Shown piece by piece: positions 19,152 through 28,651 of a DNA stretch of 36,644 bases; position 1 is the stretch's first letter; every line of letters begins with the position of its first letter. The DNA is from Flavobacteriaceae bacterium (GTDB taxonomy: Bacteria > Bacteroidota > Bacteroidia > Flavobacteriales > Flavobacteriaceae): assembly GCA_037969605.1 (NCBI GenBank), contig JBBKXS010000324.1:1-36644 (forward strand). Direction: 5' to 3'. Made by a program: the position numbers and the translations under genes. A model generated the notes under the pieces. It saw nothing but the letters and a program-made list of their open reading frames with translations. It searched no databases and was not told the origin of the DNA.

Positions 19152-20537
19152 ATGAAAAGCCCAAAAATGAAAAATAGAATCTACATCTTGTCTTTTTTAT
19201 TAGGAATACTTATAATCCCTCAAATAAGTCATGCCCAAATAGATTTTAACAAACGCCCCGATGATGATCTTGGCAATGTAGAAGATGAATTTCAAGAATT
19301 GTTCTTTGAGGCTCTAAAACAAAAAGGAACCGAAAATTATCAACGCGCAGCTGATGCACTTTTAAAATGTATAAACTTAAGAAGCTCCGAACCTGTTTTA
19401 TATTATGAATTAGGCAAAAATTATAATAAACTCAAAAATTTTGGTGCTGCTGAAGATGCTTTAAAAAAAGCCATCTCTAAAGAACCGGACAACGAATGGT
19501 TTCTTGATGAACTGTATGATGTTTACATTCAACAAGATGATATCAATAAAGCTATTAAAACCATTAAACAATTGGTTAAATATCATCCAGAAGACTACAA
19601 ACAAGATTTGGCAGCATTATATATAAAAGCCAAAGAATATAAGAATGCTTTGGGCGTGTTGGACGAATTGGATAAAGAATTTGGGGTTAATAAGGATAGA
19701 GATATTTTGCGCAATCAAATTTATAACATTACTGGAAAGGATAAGGATAGAATAGAAAATCTTGAAGAACGCCTAAAGAAAGAGCCAGATAATGAGATGA
19801 ATTATCTCAACTTAATTTACCGATATAGTGAAACTGACCAAAAGGACAAAGCTTTTAAAATAGCCCAACAACTATTGGAGTTTAATCCCAATTCCCAATT
19901 GGTCCATTTGGCATTGTACAAGTTTTATTTGGATAATAATGAAACAGAAAATGCGATTCATTCCATGAAAATTGTATTGACAAGTTCAGATATTAATCCA
20001 GATGCTAAAACAAAGGTTCTTAACGATTTTGTAAATTTTGTGTCATCTCATCCTGAATATGAGCCCGATTTAGTAGAAGTTACCACAATGGTGGGTAATG
20101 ATAATAGCTCCAAGACACATTTGGAATTAGCTCAATATTATTTGAAGATTGGGGATAAAACTAAAGCCTTATCCTATTTTGAAGAAGTTTTAAAAGAAGA
20201 ACCCAATAATTATTCGGTGATAAAGGATGTTCTATTGCTTCAATTGGATTTAAATTTTGAAGAACAGGCCGCTAAACAAAGTGAACAAACAATAGAATTA
20301 TTTCCTGCACAACCAATTTTTTATCTCATCAATGGTGTAGCTAACAATAAATTAAAACATCCAAAAAAAGCCATTGAAAGTTTAGAAGCAGGCTTGGATT
20401 ATATTATTGATGATGTTAGGATGGAAATTGATTTTTATACTCAATTAAGCTTGGCCTATCAACTCGATAATAATATAACCAAAGCACAAGCGTTTACTAA
20501 AAAGGCCGAAGCGCTAACTAAAGAACAACAACCATAA
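19152..20537 (+). CDS. Exported tetratricopeptide-repeat protein (start may be 19167)
   Basis: Signal peptide ending SHA-Q; multiple TPR helices. Confidence 0.85.
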   Translation: MKSPKMKNRIYILSFLLGILIIPQISHAQIDFNKRPDDDLGNVEDEFQELFFEALKQKGTENYQRAADALLKCINLRSSEPVLYYELGKNYNKLKNFGAAEDALKKAISKEPDNEWFLDELYDVYIQQDDINKAIKTIKQLVKYHPEDYKQDLAALYIKAKEYKNALGVLDELDKEFGVNKDRDILRNQIYNITGKDKDRIENLEERLKKEPDNEMNYLNLIYRYSETDQKDKAFKIAQQLLEFNPNSQLVHLALYKFYLDNNETENAIHSMKIVLTSSDINPDAKTKVLNDFVNFVSSHPEYEPDLVEVTTMVGNDNSSKTHLELAQYYLKIGDKTKALSYFEEVLKEEPNNYSVIKDVLLLQLDLNFEEQAAKQSEQTIELFPAQPIFYLINGVANNKLKHPKKAIESLEAGLDYIIDDVRMEIDFYTQLSLAYQLDNNITKAQAFTKKAEALTKEQQP

Positions 20538-21319
20538 TGAAGTTGATCAGAGTATTTATTTTAATATTTTTAGCAACGGTTACTTTCGGTTGCAAATCCA
20601 GCAAAAGCATAACCTCAAAAGGCAAGCTCAGTGCAAGCATGACCACAAAAGAGTTGATCAAGGAAAACCAAAACCAAAATGCCAGATTTAAAACCCTTCA
20701 GGCCAAAGTAAAAATTGAGTATACCCAAGACCAAAATAGTCAAGGCTATACCGTAAATCTGAGAATGGAAAAGGATAAGATCATTTGGATCAATTCAGTC
20801 TTAGGATTGGCCAGAGTGATGATAACCCCTGATAGGGTAAGCTTTTACGACAAGATTAACAATCAATATTTTGACGGAGATTATAGGCTGTTAAGTGATT
20901 TGTTGGGTGTTGAATTAGATTTCAAAAAAGTGGAAAGCTTGTTGCTAGGAGAAGCCATTTTCAATTTAAAAGCGGATAATTATGTGCTTTCAACCCAAGA
21001 GAACTCCTATGTGCTTCAGCCTAAAAATCAGCAAGCTATATTGGAGCTTTTCTTTTTGCTCAACCCGGGACATTTTAAAATGGATTCACAGCAATTCTAT
21101 CAACCCTTAAAGAGAAGAATATTGGAAATTGATTACCAGTCGTATCAAAAGGTCAATAAACAAATACTTCCAGAAAACTTTAAAATAATTGCGGTTGAAG
21201 ACACCGAAGAAGTGACCATCGAAATGGAATACAGATCGGTTTCATTAAACGAAGACCTTCGTTTTCCTTTTAAGATACCTTCAGGGTTTAAAGAAATCAC
21301 TATTGAAAATGCGGAATAA
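20537..21319 (+). CDS. DUF4292-like lipoprotein
   Basis: Lipobox TFGC-KSSK; LRMEKDKIIWIN, YFDGDY, FPFKIPSGF motifs; between TPR and envC genes. Confidence 0.8.
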   Translation: MKLIRVFILIFLATVTFGCKSSKSITSKGKLSASMTTKELIKENQNQNARFKTLQAKVKIEYTQDQNSQGYTVNLRMEKDKIIWINSVLGLARVMITPDRVSFYDKINNQYFDGDYRLLSDLLGVELDFKKVESLLLGEAIFNLKADNYVLSTQENSYVLQPKNQQAILELFFLLNPGHFKMDSQQFYQPLKRRILEIDYQSYQKVNKQILPENFKIIAVEDTEEVTIEMEYRSVSLNEDLRFPFKIPSGFKEITIENAE

Positions 21320-22535
21320 ATCTACCTACATCTTTGTTTTCATAGGTTTGCTTTTATGCAGTATTTCAGCAAATTCTCAAAGCCAAAAACAAATAGAACT
21401 CGAAGCAAAACGACAACAATTACAGAAAGAGATTGAACAGATAAACACCTTGTTGTTCACCGATAAAAAAAAGGAAAAATCTGTAATTTCACAAGTTGAG
21501 GACCTGAACTATAAAGTGAACGTCAGAAAAAATTTAATTAAGGTGACCAATGACCAAGCCAATCTCTTAACGCGTGAAATCAATACTAACCAAAAAGAAA
21601 TTTCCAGTTTAAGAGATCAGCTCAAGCTATTAAAAGAAGATTATGGGGCAATGATTGTTAGATCTTATAAAAGTAGGTCCGATCAAAGCAAGGTCATGTT
21701 TTTATTGTCATCAGATAATTTTAAACAGGCCTATAAACGATTACAATACATAAAACAATATGCCAATTATCAACAGGAACAAGGCGAAAAAATAAAAGTC
21801 AAGACCCAAAAATTACAAGACCTCAACACTGCTTTGTTGCAGCAAAAAAAGGACAAAGAAAAACTCATTGAAGAAAATAGAATTGCAAAAAACCGTTTGG
21901 ATGATGAACTAAAGCAACAAAATGTATTGGTGGCTTCCATACGCAAAAATTTAAGCGCTTATAGTTCTCAAATGAAAAAGAAACAACAAGAAGCCGATAA
22001 AATAGATAGGGAAATTGACCGATTAATTAGGGAAGCCATAGCGGAATCCAACAAAAAAGCAGGCAATTCATCGTCGTCATCAAACGAGTACGCTTTAACG
22101 GCGGAAGCTAAAGCTTTGGCCGCAAATTTTGAATCCAACAAAGGGAAATTATCGTGGCCCGTTGAAAAAGGAGTAGTTAAATTGCGCTATGGCAAACAAC
22201 CCTCGCCTATAGACAATACAGTAACTATTAACAGTAATGGTGTTAGGATTGCAACTGAAGAAGGGGCTAAAGTCAGGGCTGTTTTTGATGGTGAGGTCTC
22301 TGGAATTGTTGTTATAAAAAATGCCAATCCCGCAGTCATAATAAGGCATGGTAATTATTTCACCATTTATAAAAACCTATCCAAAATATTTGTAAAACAA
22401 GGTGATAAAGTCAGTACGAAACAAGTTATAGGGGAAGTGTTTACCAATAAAAACAATGGTGAAACCATTTTAGGTTTTGGTGTCAACAAAAATTCCAATA
22501 CGGAAGATCCAGGAAACTGGATTTATAGAATGTGA
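21309..22535 (+). CDS. envC: Murein hydrolase activator EnvC family (coiled coil plus degenerate M23 domain)
   Basis: Long coiled coil, KGKLSWPV; M23 zinc ligands replaced (NSNGVRI, YKNL); ATG 21309 preferred over TTG 21303. Confidence 0.85.
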   Translation: MRNKSTYIFVFIGLLLCSISANSQSQKQIELEAKRQQLQKEIEQINTLLFTDKKKEKSVISQVEDLNYKVNVRKNLIKVTNDQANLLTREINTNQKEISSLRDQLKLLKEDYGAMIVRSYKSRSDQSKVMFLLSSDNFKQAYKRLQYIKQYANYQQEQGEKIKVKTQKLQDLNTALLQQKKDKEKLIEENRIAKNRLDDELKQQNVLVASIRKNLSAYSSQMKKKQQEADKIDREIDRLIREAIAESNKKAGNSSSSSNEYALTAEAKALAANFESNKGKLSWPVEKGVVKLRYGKQPSPIDNTVTINSNGVRIATEEGAKVRAVFDGEVSGIVVIKNANPAVIIRHGNYFTIYKNLSKIFVKQGDKVSTKQVIGEVFTNKNNGETILGFGVNKNSNTEDPGNWIYRM

Positions 22536-23048
22536 TTATTCAAACAAAGCTTTTAGTTCAGTAGCTTCGTTTGGCTTCATTTTACCCGCTAAGACCAAAC
22601 TCAACTGTTTACGTCGTAAAGCCGAATCAAAACGTTCAATTTCCAATGAAGTTTCAGGTTTTAGTTCTGGCACTTTTATAGGATTTCCGTAGTCATCAAC
22701 AGCAACAAAAGTATAAATACCTTCATTGGCTTTTTCTCTTTTACCAGATTCCCGGTCTTCAATCCAAACATCCAAAAACACTTCCATGGAGGTTTTAAAG
22801 GCACGGGACACTTTAGCTTCAACTGTAACCACGCTTCCCAAAGGGATAGATCTATTAAAAGCTACATGATTTACAGAAGCAGTAACCGTAATACGGCGGG
22901 AATGTCGTCTCGCGGCAATACTGGCAGCTCGATCCATTCTTGCCAAAAGTTCACCTCCGAATAAGTTGTTCAACGGATTGGTTTCACTTGGCAAAACCAT
23001 ATCAGTCAATATCGTTTTAGAATGAGTAGGAGTTCTTGCTTCCATCAT
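22536..23048 (-). CDS. Acyl-CoA thioesterase (YciA-like hotdog fold)
   Basis: NPLNNLFGGELLARMD, VTASV, YTFVAVD. Confidence 0.93.
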   Translation of the reverse strand: MMEARTPTHSKTILTDMVLPSETNPLNNLFGGELLARMDRAASIAARRHSRRITVTASVNHVAFNRSIPLGSVVTVEAKVSRAFKTSMEVFLDVWIEDRESGKREKANEGIYTFVAVDDYGNPIKVPELKPETSLEIERFDSALRRKQLSLVLAGKMKPNEATELKALFE

Positions 23049-23067
23049 TTATAGTTTAAATGCGGCA

Positions 23068-23075
23068 CAAAGGTA
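23068..23075 (-). promoter_or_regulatory. -7 promoter element (TACCTTTG) for the thioesterase
   Basis: TAnnTTTG match 19 nt upstream of ATG. Confidence 0.6.
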
Positions 23076-23110
23076 AGATGCTTTTCTATTAAAAACTAAA
23101 GCAGAAAAAA

Positions 23111-24049
23111 TTAGTTTAAGGCCTTAACAAGTAACCAAGCTTCAGGATTGTTTCCTTTTTTAATTTGCCTAAGGGCTCTCAGAGCTTCAACCCTATCGAT
23201 ATAACTTGCATAAACAACTTCGTGTAGGCCATATTTGTTCACACCAATTTTACGAGCTTTATAGCCGAGGTCCTGAAGTTGTTTTACTTTTTTATCCGAA
23301 TTAGACTCTACTCTAAATGCTCCAGCAACAATATGATAATTTCCGCTTTGCTTTTCAATGGTCAATGTCGCGGCAGGTAATGGGTTGCTGATTACAAAAG
23401 TTGCCTCTTGAACTTTAGCGTCCAGTTGTTGATTGGCTTCTTCTTGAGCCATTTGATTTTGTTCTTCAATTTGATTGATATAATAATTTGAAGCTGTAAA
23501 ACCTCCAACGGTCAAAGCGATCAATGCTATAGCAGCGTATTTTAAATAAGGTCTTGAATTGCGTTTTTCAGGAGTGATGGAAATTGGAATGACTTTTTCA
23601 ATGGTTTCGACCTCTTTTTTGTAAACTTCTCTTGAAATATTTGCAGACTCAAATTGTGATAAGCCAAAAGCGTCGGTTAAATAATTGATATGGTATACAG
23701 GTTCAAAATTAATTTTACCTTCATTGTTCAGCACCAATTCACCTATATTATTGAATGTAATGGTTTCGCCCTGTATTAAATACGACTTAATGGTTTTTAC
23801 ATATTTAGCAATCTTTTGAACGGCAACTTCATATGGGATTTTTTCAACTTCGGCGATGTAATTTGACAATAATCCATCGTTGTGTTGTAATTGTTCGTTA
23901 AAAGACAACACTTTTTTTGGCGGATAAAATGAATGTGAAGAGTCATCTAATTTCGCTGATACCCGATGAGTCAAAAACGCACCAAATTCTGAAATGGTTA
24001 CGCAGTCATATCGGTAGAGTAAATCGCTTATGTAGGTTTCAAGTTGCAT
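23111..24049 (-). CDS. HU-CCDC81-like domain / TM / SPOR domain protein
   Basis: ISDLLYRYDCVTISEFGAF...NDGLL HU-like N-terminus, one TM helix, YHIVAGAF...AWLL SPOR C-terminus. Confidence 0.85.
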   Translation of the reverse strand: MQLETYISDLLYRYDCVTISEFGAFLTHRVSAKLDDSSHSFYPPKKVLSFNEQLQHNDGLLSNYIAEVEKIPYEVAVQKIAKYVKTIKSYLIQGETITFNNIGELVLNNEGKINFEPVYHINYLTDAFGLSQFESANISREVYKKEVETIEKVIPISITPEKRNSRPYLKYAAIALIALTVGGFTASNYYINQIEEQNQMAQEEANQQLDAKVQEATFVISNPLPAATLTIEKQSGNYHIVAGAFRVESNSDKKVKQLQDLGYKARKIGVNKYGLHEVVYASYIDRVEALRALRQIKKGNNPEAWLLVKALN

Positions 24050-24154
24050 AAAAACAAAGTTAAAAATTTTTGCCTGCTAATAAAATTTCTGCATAACTAG
24101 TTATTAACAGTATAAAAAATTCTTAATTTGTTGGTTTAAATCAGCATCATAAAC

Positions 24155-25258
24155 ATGACAGACCAGGATTTAATTTATGTTTTAGCGTTGCAGCATGTTC
24201 CTAAAATTGGGGATTTAACAGCTAAAAAGTTGATAAACCATTGCGGTTCTGCTGAAGCTGTTTTAAAAGAGAAGAAACAGAATTTGATCAAAATCGATGG
24301 TATTGGAACGACAACCTTAAAAGAATTGTCCGATACATCGTTTATAAAGGAAGCTGAAAAGGAATTACAATTTACCAAGGATAACCAAATAAGATGTCTG
24401 TATTTTACAGATGATGACTATCCTGAAAAACTAAAACATTGTATTGATGGCCCCATTTTGCTTTTTCAAACAGGACATATCAACCTAAAAAAACAACGAA
24501 TTATAAGTATAGTTGGTACACGTAAGATTAGCACAAACGGGATTACTTTTTGTGAAAAATTGGTGGAACAACTTGCGGTTTATAATCCAGTTATTGTTTC
24601 AGGATTTGCATATGGAACAGATATTACCGCTCAAAAAGCGGCATTAAAGCATAATTTGCAAACCATAGGTTGTTTGGCACATGGTCTCAATCAAATCTAT
24701 CCACCATCGCACAAAAAGTATGTTGTAGAGGTTGAAAAAAATGGAGGGTTTTTTACAGATTTTTGGAGTACAGATGTGTTTGACCGAAACAATTTTTTAA
24801 AACGAAACAGAATTATTGCAGGCTTAAGCGAGGCGACGATTGTTATAGAATCTGCCGAAAAAGGAGGAAGTTTGGTTACCGCTGATATTGCAAACTCTTA
24901 CAATAGAGATATTTTTGCGGTTCCAGGACGTGTTACTGATACACAAAGTGCGGGATGCAACAATTTAATTAAATACCAGAAAGCGCATGTATTGACCAAT
25001 CCATTGGATGTGCCATATATTTTGAATTGGAAACTTGACGATAACAAAAAACCAACAATTCAAAAACAATTATTTGTAGAACTGGACGATGAAGAAAAAG
25101 TAATTTATACTTATTTGAAAACTAATGACAAGCAAATGCTGGATGTTATTGCTATTGAATGTGAAATGCCCATTTTTAAAGTGGCCGGTAATTTACTTAA
25201 TATGGAACTTAAGGGAGTTGTAAGACCACTTCCAGGTAAATTGTTTGAGATTGTTTAG
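24155..25258 (+). CDS. dprA: DNA-processing protein DprA
   Basis: SIVGTR, VSGFAYGTD, FLKRNRIIAGLS, GGSLVTA, FAVPG; C-terminal winged helix. Confidence 0.96.
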   Translation: MTDQDLIYVLALQHVPKIGDLTAKKLINHCGSAEAVLKEKKQNLIKIDGIGTTTLKELSDTSFIKEAEKELQFTKDNQIRCLYFTDDDYPEKLKHCIDGPILLFQTGHINLKKQRIISIVGTRKISTNGITFCEKLVEQLAVYNPVIVSGFAYGTDITAQKAALKHNLQTIGCLAHGLNQIYPPSHKKYVVEVEKNGGFFTDFWSTDVFDRNNFLKRNRIIAGLSEATIVIESAEKGGSLVTADIANSYNRDIFAVPGRVTDTQSAGCNNLIKYQKAHVLTNPLDVPYILNWKLDDNKKPTIQKQLFVELDDEEKVIYTYLKTNDKQMLDVIAIECEMPIFKVAGNLLNMELKGVVRPLPGKLFEIV

Positions 25259-26223
25259 TATCCTACTTTACTTCTTACCCTTTTTAAAACCTCATTGGCT
25301 ACTAATTTAGCTTTATCGCCACCAATAGCCAAGGCGCTATCAATTTCATCAAGATGGTTCATGAAATAAGTGTAACGCTCTCTGGGTTCCGCAAATTTTT
25401 CAGTAATGAGTTCAAATAAGGCTTGTTTTGCTTGCCCATATCCATAGCCACCAGTTTTGTAATTGGCTTGCATGGTTTCAACTTGGTCTTTAGATGCCAA
25501 AAGTTTATATATGGCAAAACAATTGCAAGTTTTCCAATCCTTAGGCGATTCAAGAGGCGTGCTATCGGTTTCAATGGACATAATTTGTTTTCGAAGTTTT
25601 TTATCATCCAAAAAAATATCAATGATATTCCCTTTGCTTTTGCTCATTTTTTCGCCATCTGTTCCTGGTATTAGCATCATATCTTCTTGTACATCGGCTT
25701 CTGGAATTACAAAAACCTCGCCCATTTTTGCATGAAAACGCGATGCCACATCACGCGTATATTCAATATGCTGTAATTGGTCTTTCCCTACAGGAATAAT
25801 ATCGGCATCATATAGTAAAATATCGGCAGCCATGAGCATTGGATACATAAATATTCCACCATTAACATCGTCCAATCTATTTTTTTTATCTTTGAAACTA
25901 TGAGCTAACTTTAGTCTTTTATAGGGGAAGAAACAGCTTAAATACCAAGCCAACTCGGTTGCTTGAGGAACATCACTTTGTCTATAGAAAACGGTTTTTT
26001 CAATATCCAATCCAAAAGCTAACCATGTTGCCGCCGTTGAGTAAGTGTTATTGCGCAATTCTTCGGGATCTTTTATTTGAGTTAAGGAGTGCATATCGGC
26101 AATAAACAGAAACGAATCATTGGCACTATTTTTTGACATGTCAATAGCAGGCAAAATAGCGCCTAAAATATTTCCCAAATGTGGTGTCCCTGTACTTTGA
26201 ATGCCTGTAAGTATTCTTGCCAT
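25255..26223 (-). CDS. trpS: Tryptophan--tRNA ligase
   Basis: TGIQSTGTPHLGN (HIGH), YPMLMAADIL, VGKDQLQH, KMSKS; start set at ATG 26223 because a -7 box lies at 26278-26285. Confidence 0.97.
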   Translation of the reverse strand: MARILTGIQSTGTPHLGNILGAILPAIDMSKNSANDSFLFIADMHSLTQIKDPEELRNNTYSTAATWLAFGLDIEKTVFYRQSDVPQATELAWYLSCFFPYKRLKLAHSFKDKKNRLDDVNGGIFMYPMLMAADILLYDADIIPVGKDQLQHIEYTRDVASRFHAKMGEVFVIPEADVQEDMMLIPGTDGEKMSKSKGNIIDIFLDDKKLRKQIMSIETDSTPLESPKDWKTCNCFAIYKLLASKDQVETMQANYKTGGYGYGQAKQALFELITEKFAEPRERYTYFMNHLDEIDSALAIGGDKAKLVANEVLKRVRSKVGY

Positions 26224-26229
26224 GTTTAC

Positions 26230-26250
26230 TTCCCACAAAAGTGGGAATCT
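26230..26250. repeat. REP-like hairpin TTCCCAC-AAAA-GTGGGAA(TCT) in the trpS leader
   Basis: 7-bp perfect stem; resembles, from memory, TTCCCGCGnAnGCGGGAATC-type palindromic repeats. Confidence 0.5.
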
Positions 26251-26277
26251 TTTTAAATTCAACTTAATTCGAAAAAG

Positions 26278-26285
26278 CAAAGGTA
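26278..26285 (-). promoter_or_regulatory. -7 promoter element (TACCTTTG) for trpS
   Basis: Exact TAnnTTTG match. Confidence 0.65.
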
Positions 26286-26332
26286 ATTTTTTTAGCACAA
26301 TACCTCAATTAATTTAAGTAGTTTTGAATCTA

Positions 26333-27073
26333 ATGAAGCTTTTAAAATATCCATTCTGGATTTTATATCGTATTTGGTTCTACATTCTTGTAGCCCTACC
26401 TATATTGGTCTTGTTTCCATTTCTTGTCATATCCATTTTAAAAGATGCCTGGTATCCCTTCTTTTTTAAACTAGCTCGTATTTGGGCAAAATGCATTTTA
26501 ATAGGAATGGGTTTTAATTATAATATTGAAAGTGAACAAACCCCAGAAAAATCCAAAAGCTATATGTTTATTGCCAACCATACCTCTATGGCAGATATTA
26601 TGCTTATGTTGGTGAGTGTTAAAAACCCTTTTGTATTTGTAGGGAAGAAGGAATTGGTAAAAATCCCATTATTTGGGTTCTTTTATAAACGCACCTGTAT
26701 TTTGGTTGACAGAAGCTCTGAACGTAGTAGAAAAGCTGTTTTTTTAAGAGCACAAAGACGATTGCAATCGGGGTTGAGCATTTGTATTTTTCCCGAAGGA
26801 GGCGTACCTAATCATCAAATTGCTTTGGATGAATTTAAAGATGGAGCATTTAGACTTGCAATTAACCATCACATACCCATTGTACCCATCACTTTTGCCG
26901 ATAACAAAAAACGATTTTCTTATGTGTTTTTTAGTGGAGGACCTGGAAAAATGCGAGTTAAAATACACCATTTTTTACCCACTAAAGGATTATCTATTAA
27001 AGAAACAAAAGCGCTTAACCTAAAAGCAAGGTCTATTATTTTACATCAATTAGAGGACTTTAATAAAACCTAA
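26333..27073 (+). CDS. plsC: 1-acyl-sn-glycerol-3-phosphate acyltransferase (PlsC family)
   Basis: NHTSMAD (HxxxxD), FPEGG, FKDGAF; ATG 26333 preferred. Confidence 0.88.
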   Translation: MKLLKYPFWILYRIWFYILVALPILVLFPFLVISILKDAWYPFFFKLARIWAKCILIGMGFNYNIESEQTPEKSKSYMFIANHTSMADIMLMLVSVKNPFVFVGKKELVKIPLFGFFYKRTCILVDRSSERSRKAVFLRAQRRLQSGLSICIFPEGGVPNHQIALDEFKDGAFRLAINHHIPIVPITFADNKKRFSYVFFSGGPGKMRVKIHHFLPTKGLSIKETKALNLKARSIILHQLEDFNKT

Positions 27074-27102
27074 AAAGCCGCTCTTGGCACAGAGCAGCTT
27101 TT
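27072..27102 (-). terminator. Terminator of the ECF operon, possibly bidirectional with plsC
   Basis: Minus strand AAAAGCTGCTCT-GTGCCA-AGAGCGGCTTTTT; the U-G wobble pairs only on the minus strand. Confidence 0.75.
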
Positions 27103-27148
27103 CGGCGTCATTGCGAAGTTTGCAACAACTAATCTAACCAACTAAAAT

Positions 27149-28651
27149 CTAAAACTTATAACTCAATCCCGTATAGATACCTATAAAGTAAGGCTGAAAG
27201 TCCCCAGAAGTATCACGGAATGTATTGATTTGATATTTGAACGTAGGCTCAAGATTGAATTTTATCTTATCTGAAACATTATAATTTAATCCCAAACCAA
27301 AATTGGCACTATAACTGGTGTCATTAATATTTATAGCTTCACCCAATAGTGATTTATCTCCATTAAGAGTTGAGTACACCTTGTTATTGTCTAAGAAAAA
27401 GGTGCTAAATCCGCCTATAACGTTTACTCCTAATTTATTATTTAAAATAGCGTATTCAATCTCTATTGGAAGCTCAATAAATCCAAGTTCCTGATTTATT
27501 GACGCCTTAACATTTGAGGCCAAAATTTCGGGAGCAGCAGCCAAACTCAAATTTTGTGTGCTAATTATCGAAGTGTTTGCGGTTTTATCATTAAATCTGA
27601 TGTTGCTATTACTTCTAGAGAACGCGCCTATTAATGTAATCCCAGCACCGCTATACACAATGACATCGTTAGTATTATAACCCAGATTAACTTTATTGAT
27701 TCCAGCCCTTATTTTTAATTTTTCATTTATGGCATAACTTCCATTAACGCCATAACTCATATTAATATCACCACTTTTAGAGTTACCAATAAATTGTTCA
27801 TCAAGCGCAGACCCATCACCCAGCGAGTTGAAATAAACAGGCGCCACATTTGTTGAAATATTCCACCTGCTTAACTTCTCCACTTCTTCTTTTTCATCTG
27901 TATTATTTACTAGAGTAATAGCGGCTTCTATTGAAGTGCCTGTGTTTTCAGATTTTCCCGTACTTGTTTCAGAAGCTTCTTCTTTAGTTTGAGTGTTGGC
28001 AAAAGAAGTATTGACATCAGTTTTAACAGTATTGAACAATGCGTCTATCTCAGATGTTTTTTGATTATTATTAATTTGATTTAGGTTAGGTTCAGGTAGA
28101 TTTGAAGGCTTTACACTATCAACTGTTTTTGTATTTGTTGCAATTGTAATTTTTGAGTTTATTAAAGCTTGATGAATTAACGTGTTTGAGTTTTGGGCAT
28201 CACTGTTTTCGTCCGAATTGCTGTTTTTGTTTGCAATGGTTGTCGTTTGGTATTGTGCTTGATTTACGATAGTATTGAAAGTAGAATCTGAATTCAAATT
28301 TACCTCTTTGCTGACATCTACCACTGCATTTTCCTCTTGATCATTATTTGAAATAGTATCTGTTTCCGAAGAAATAATAGAAGAATTAACTTTTTCATCT
28401 GTAGTTACAACCGGATTGTTTATTGAGTTATTTTCAAGGTCATCATTGAACACTAAATTTCCAACTGTAAAAAACACGGCCAAAATAGCAGCAACACCAG
28501 CCATTTGCCACCATAAAGGTATCACACGTCGTTTGCGTTTCTTTTGATGAAGTTCTTGCTCTATAGATTCCCAAACGGCATCTTTAGGAGAAACTTCAAA
28601 ATCTTTGAGCATTTCCTGAAAAAGACGGTCGATATGTTTTTTATCACTCAT
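27149..28651 (-). CDS. Putative dual-membrane-spanning anti-sigma factor (cytoplasmic N-domain, TM, disordered linker, outer-membrane beta-barrel)
   Basis: No cleavable signal; IDRLFQEMLKDFEVSP..VWESIE N-domain; basic run then TM at about aa 43-68; N/S/T-rich linker; amphipathic beta strands ending YTGLSYKF; TAATG-coupled to the ECF sigma gene. Confidence 0.8.
   Translation of the reverse strand: MSDKKHIDRLFQEMLKDFEVSPKDAVWESIEQELHQKKRKRRVIPLWWQMAGVAAILAVFFTVGNLVFNDDLENNSINNPVVTTDEKVNSSIISSETDTISNNDQEENAVVDVSKEVNLNSDSTFNTIVNQAQYQTTTIANKNSNSDENSDAQNSNTLIHQALINSKITIATNTKTVDSVKPSNLPEPNLNQINNNQKTSEIDALFNTVKTDVNTSFANTQTKEEASETSTGKSENTGTSIEAAITLVNNTDEKEEVEKLSRWNISTNVAPVYFNSLGDGSALDEQFIGNSKSGDINMSYGVNGSYAINEKLKIRAGINKVNLGYNTNDVIVYSGAGITLIGAFSRSNSNIRFNDKTANTSIISTQNLSLAAAPEILASNVKASINQELGFIELPIEIEYAILNNKLGVNVIGGFSTFFLDNNKVYSTLNGDKSLLGEAININDTSYSANFGLGLNYNVSDKIKFNLEPTFKYQINTFRDTSGDFQPYFIGIYTGLSYKF

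Noticed and set aside
22140-22535. M23 domain missing zinc ligands
   Set aside because: Expected for EnvC-type activators; not a pseudogene
26224-26298. 25-aa N-terminal extension of TrpS in the ORF track
   Set aside because: The promoter box lies inside it and conserved TrpS sequence begins at MARILTG
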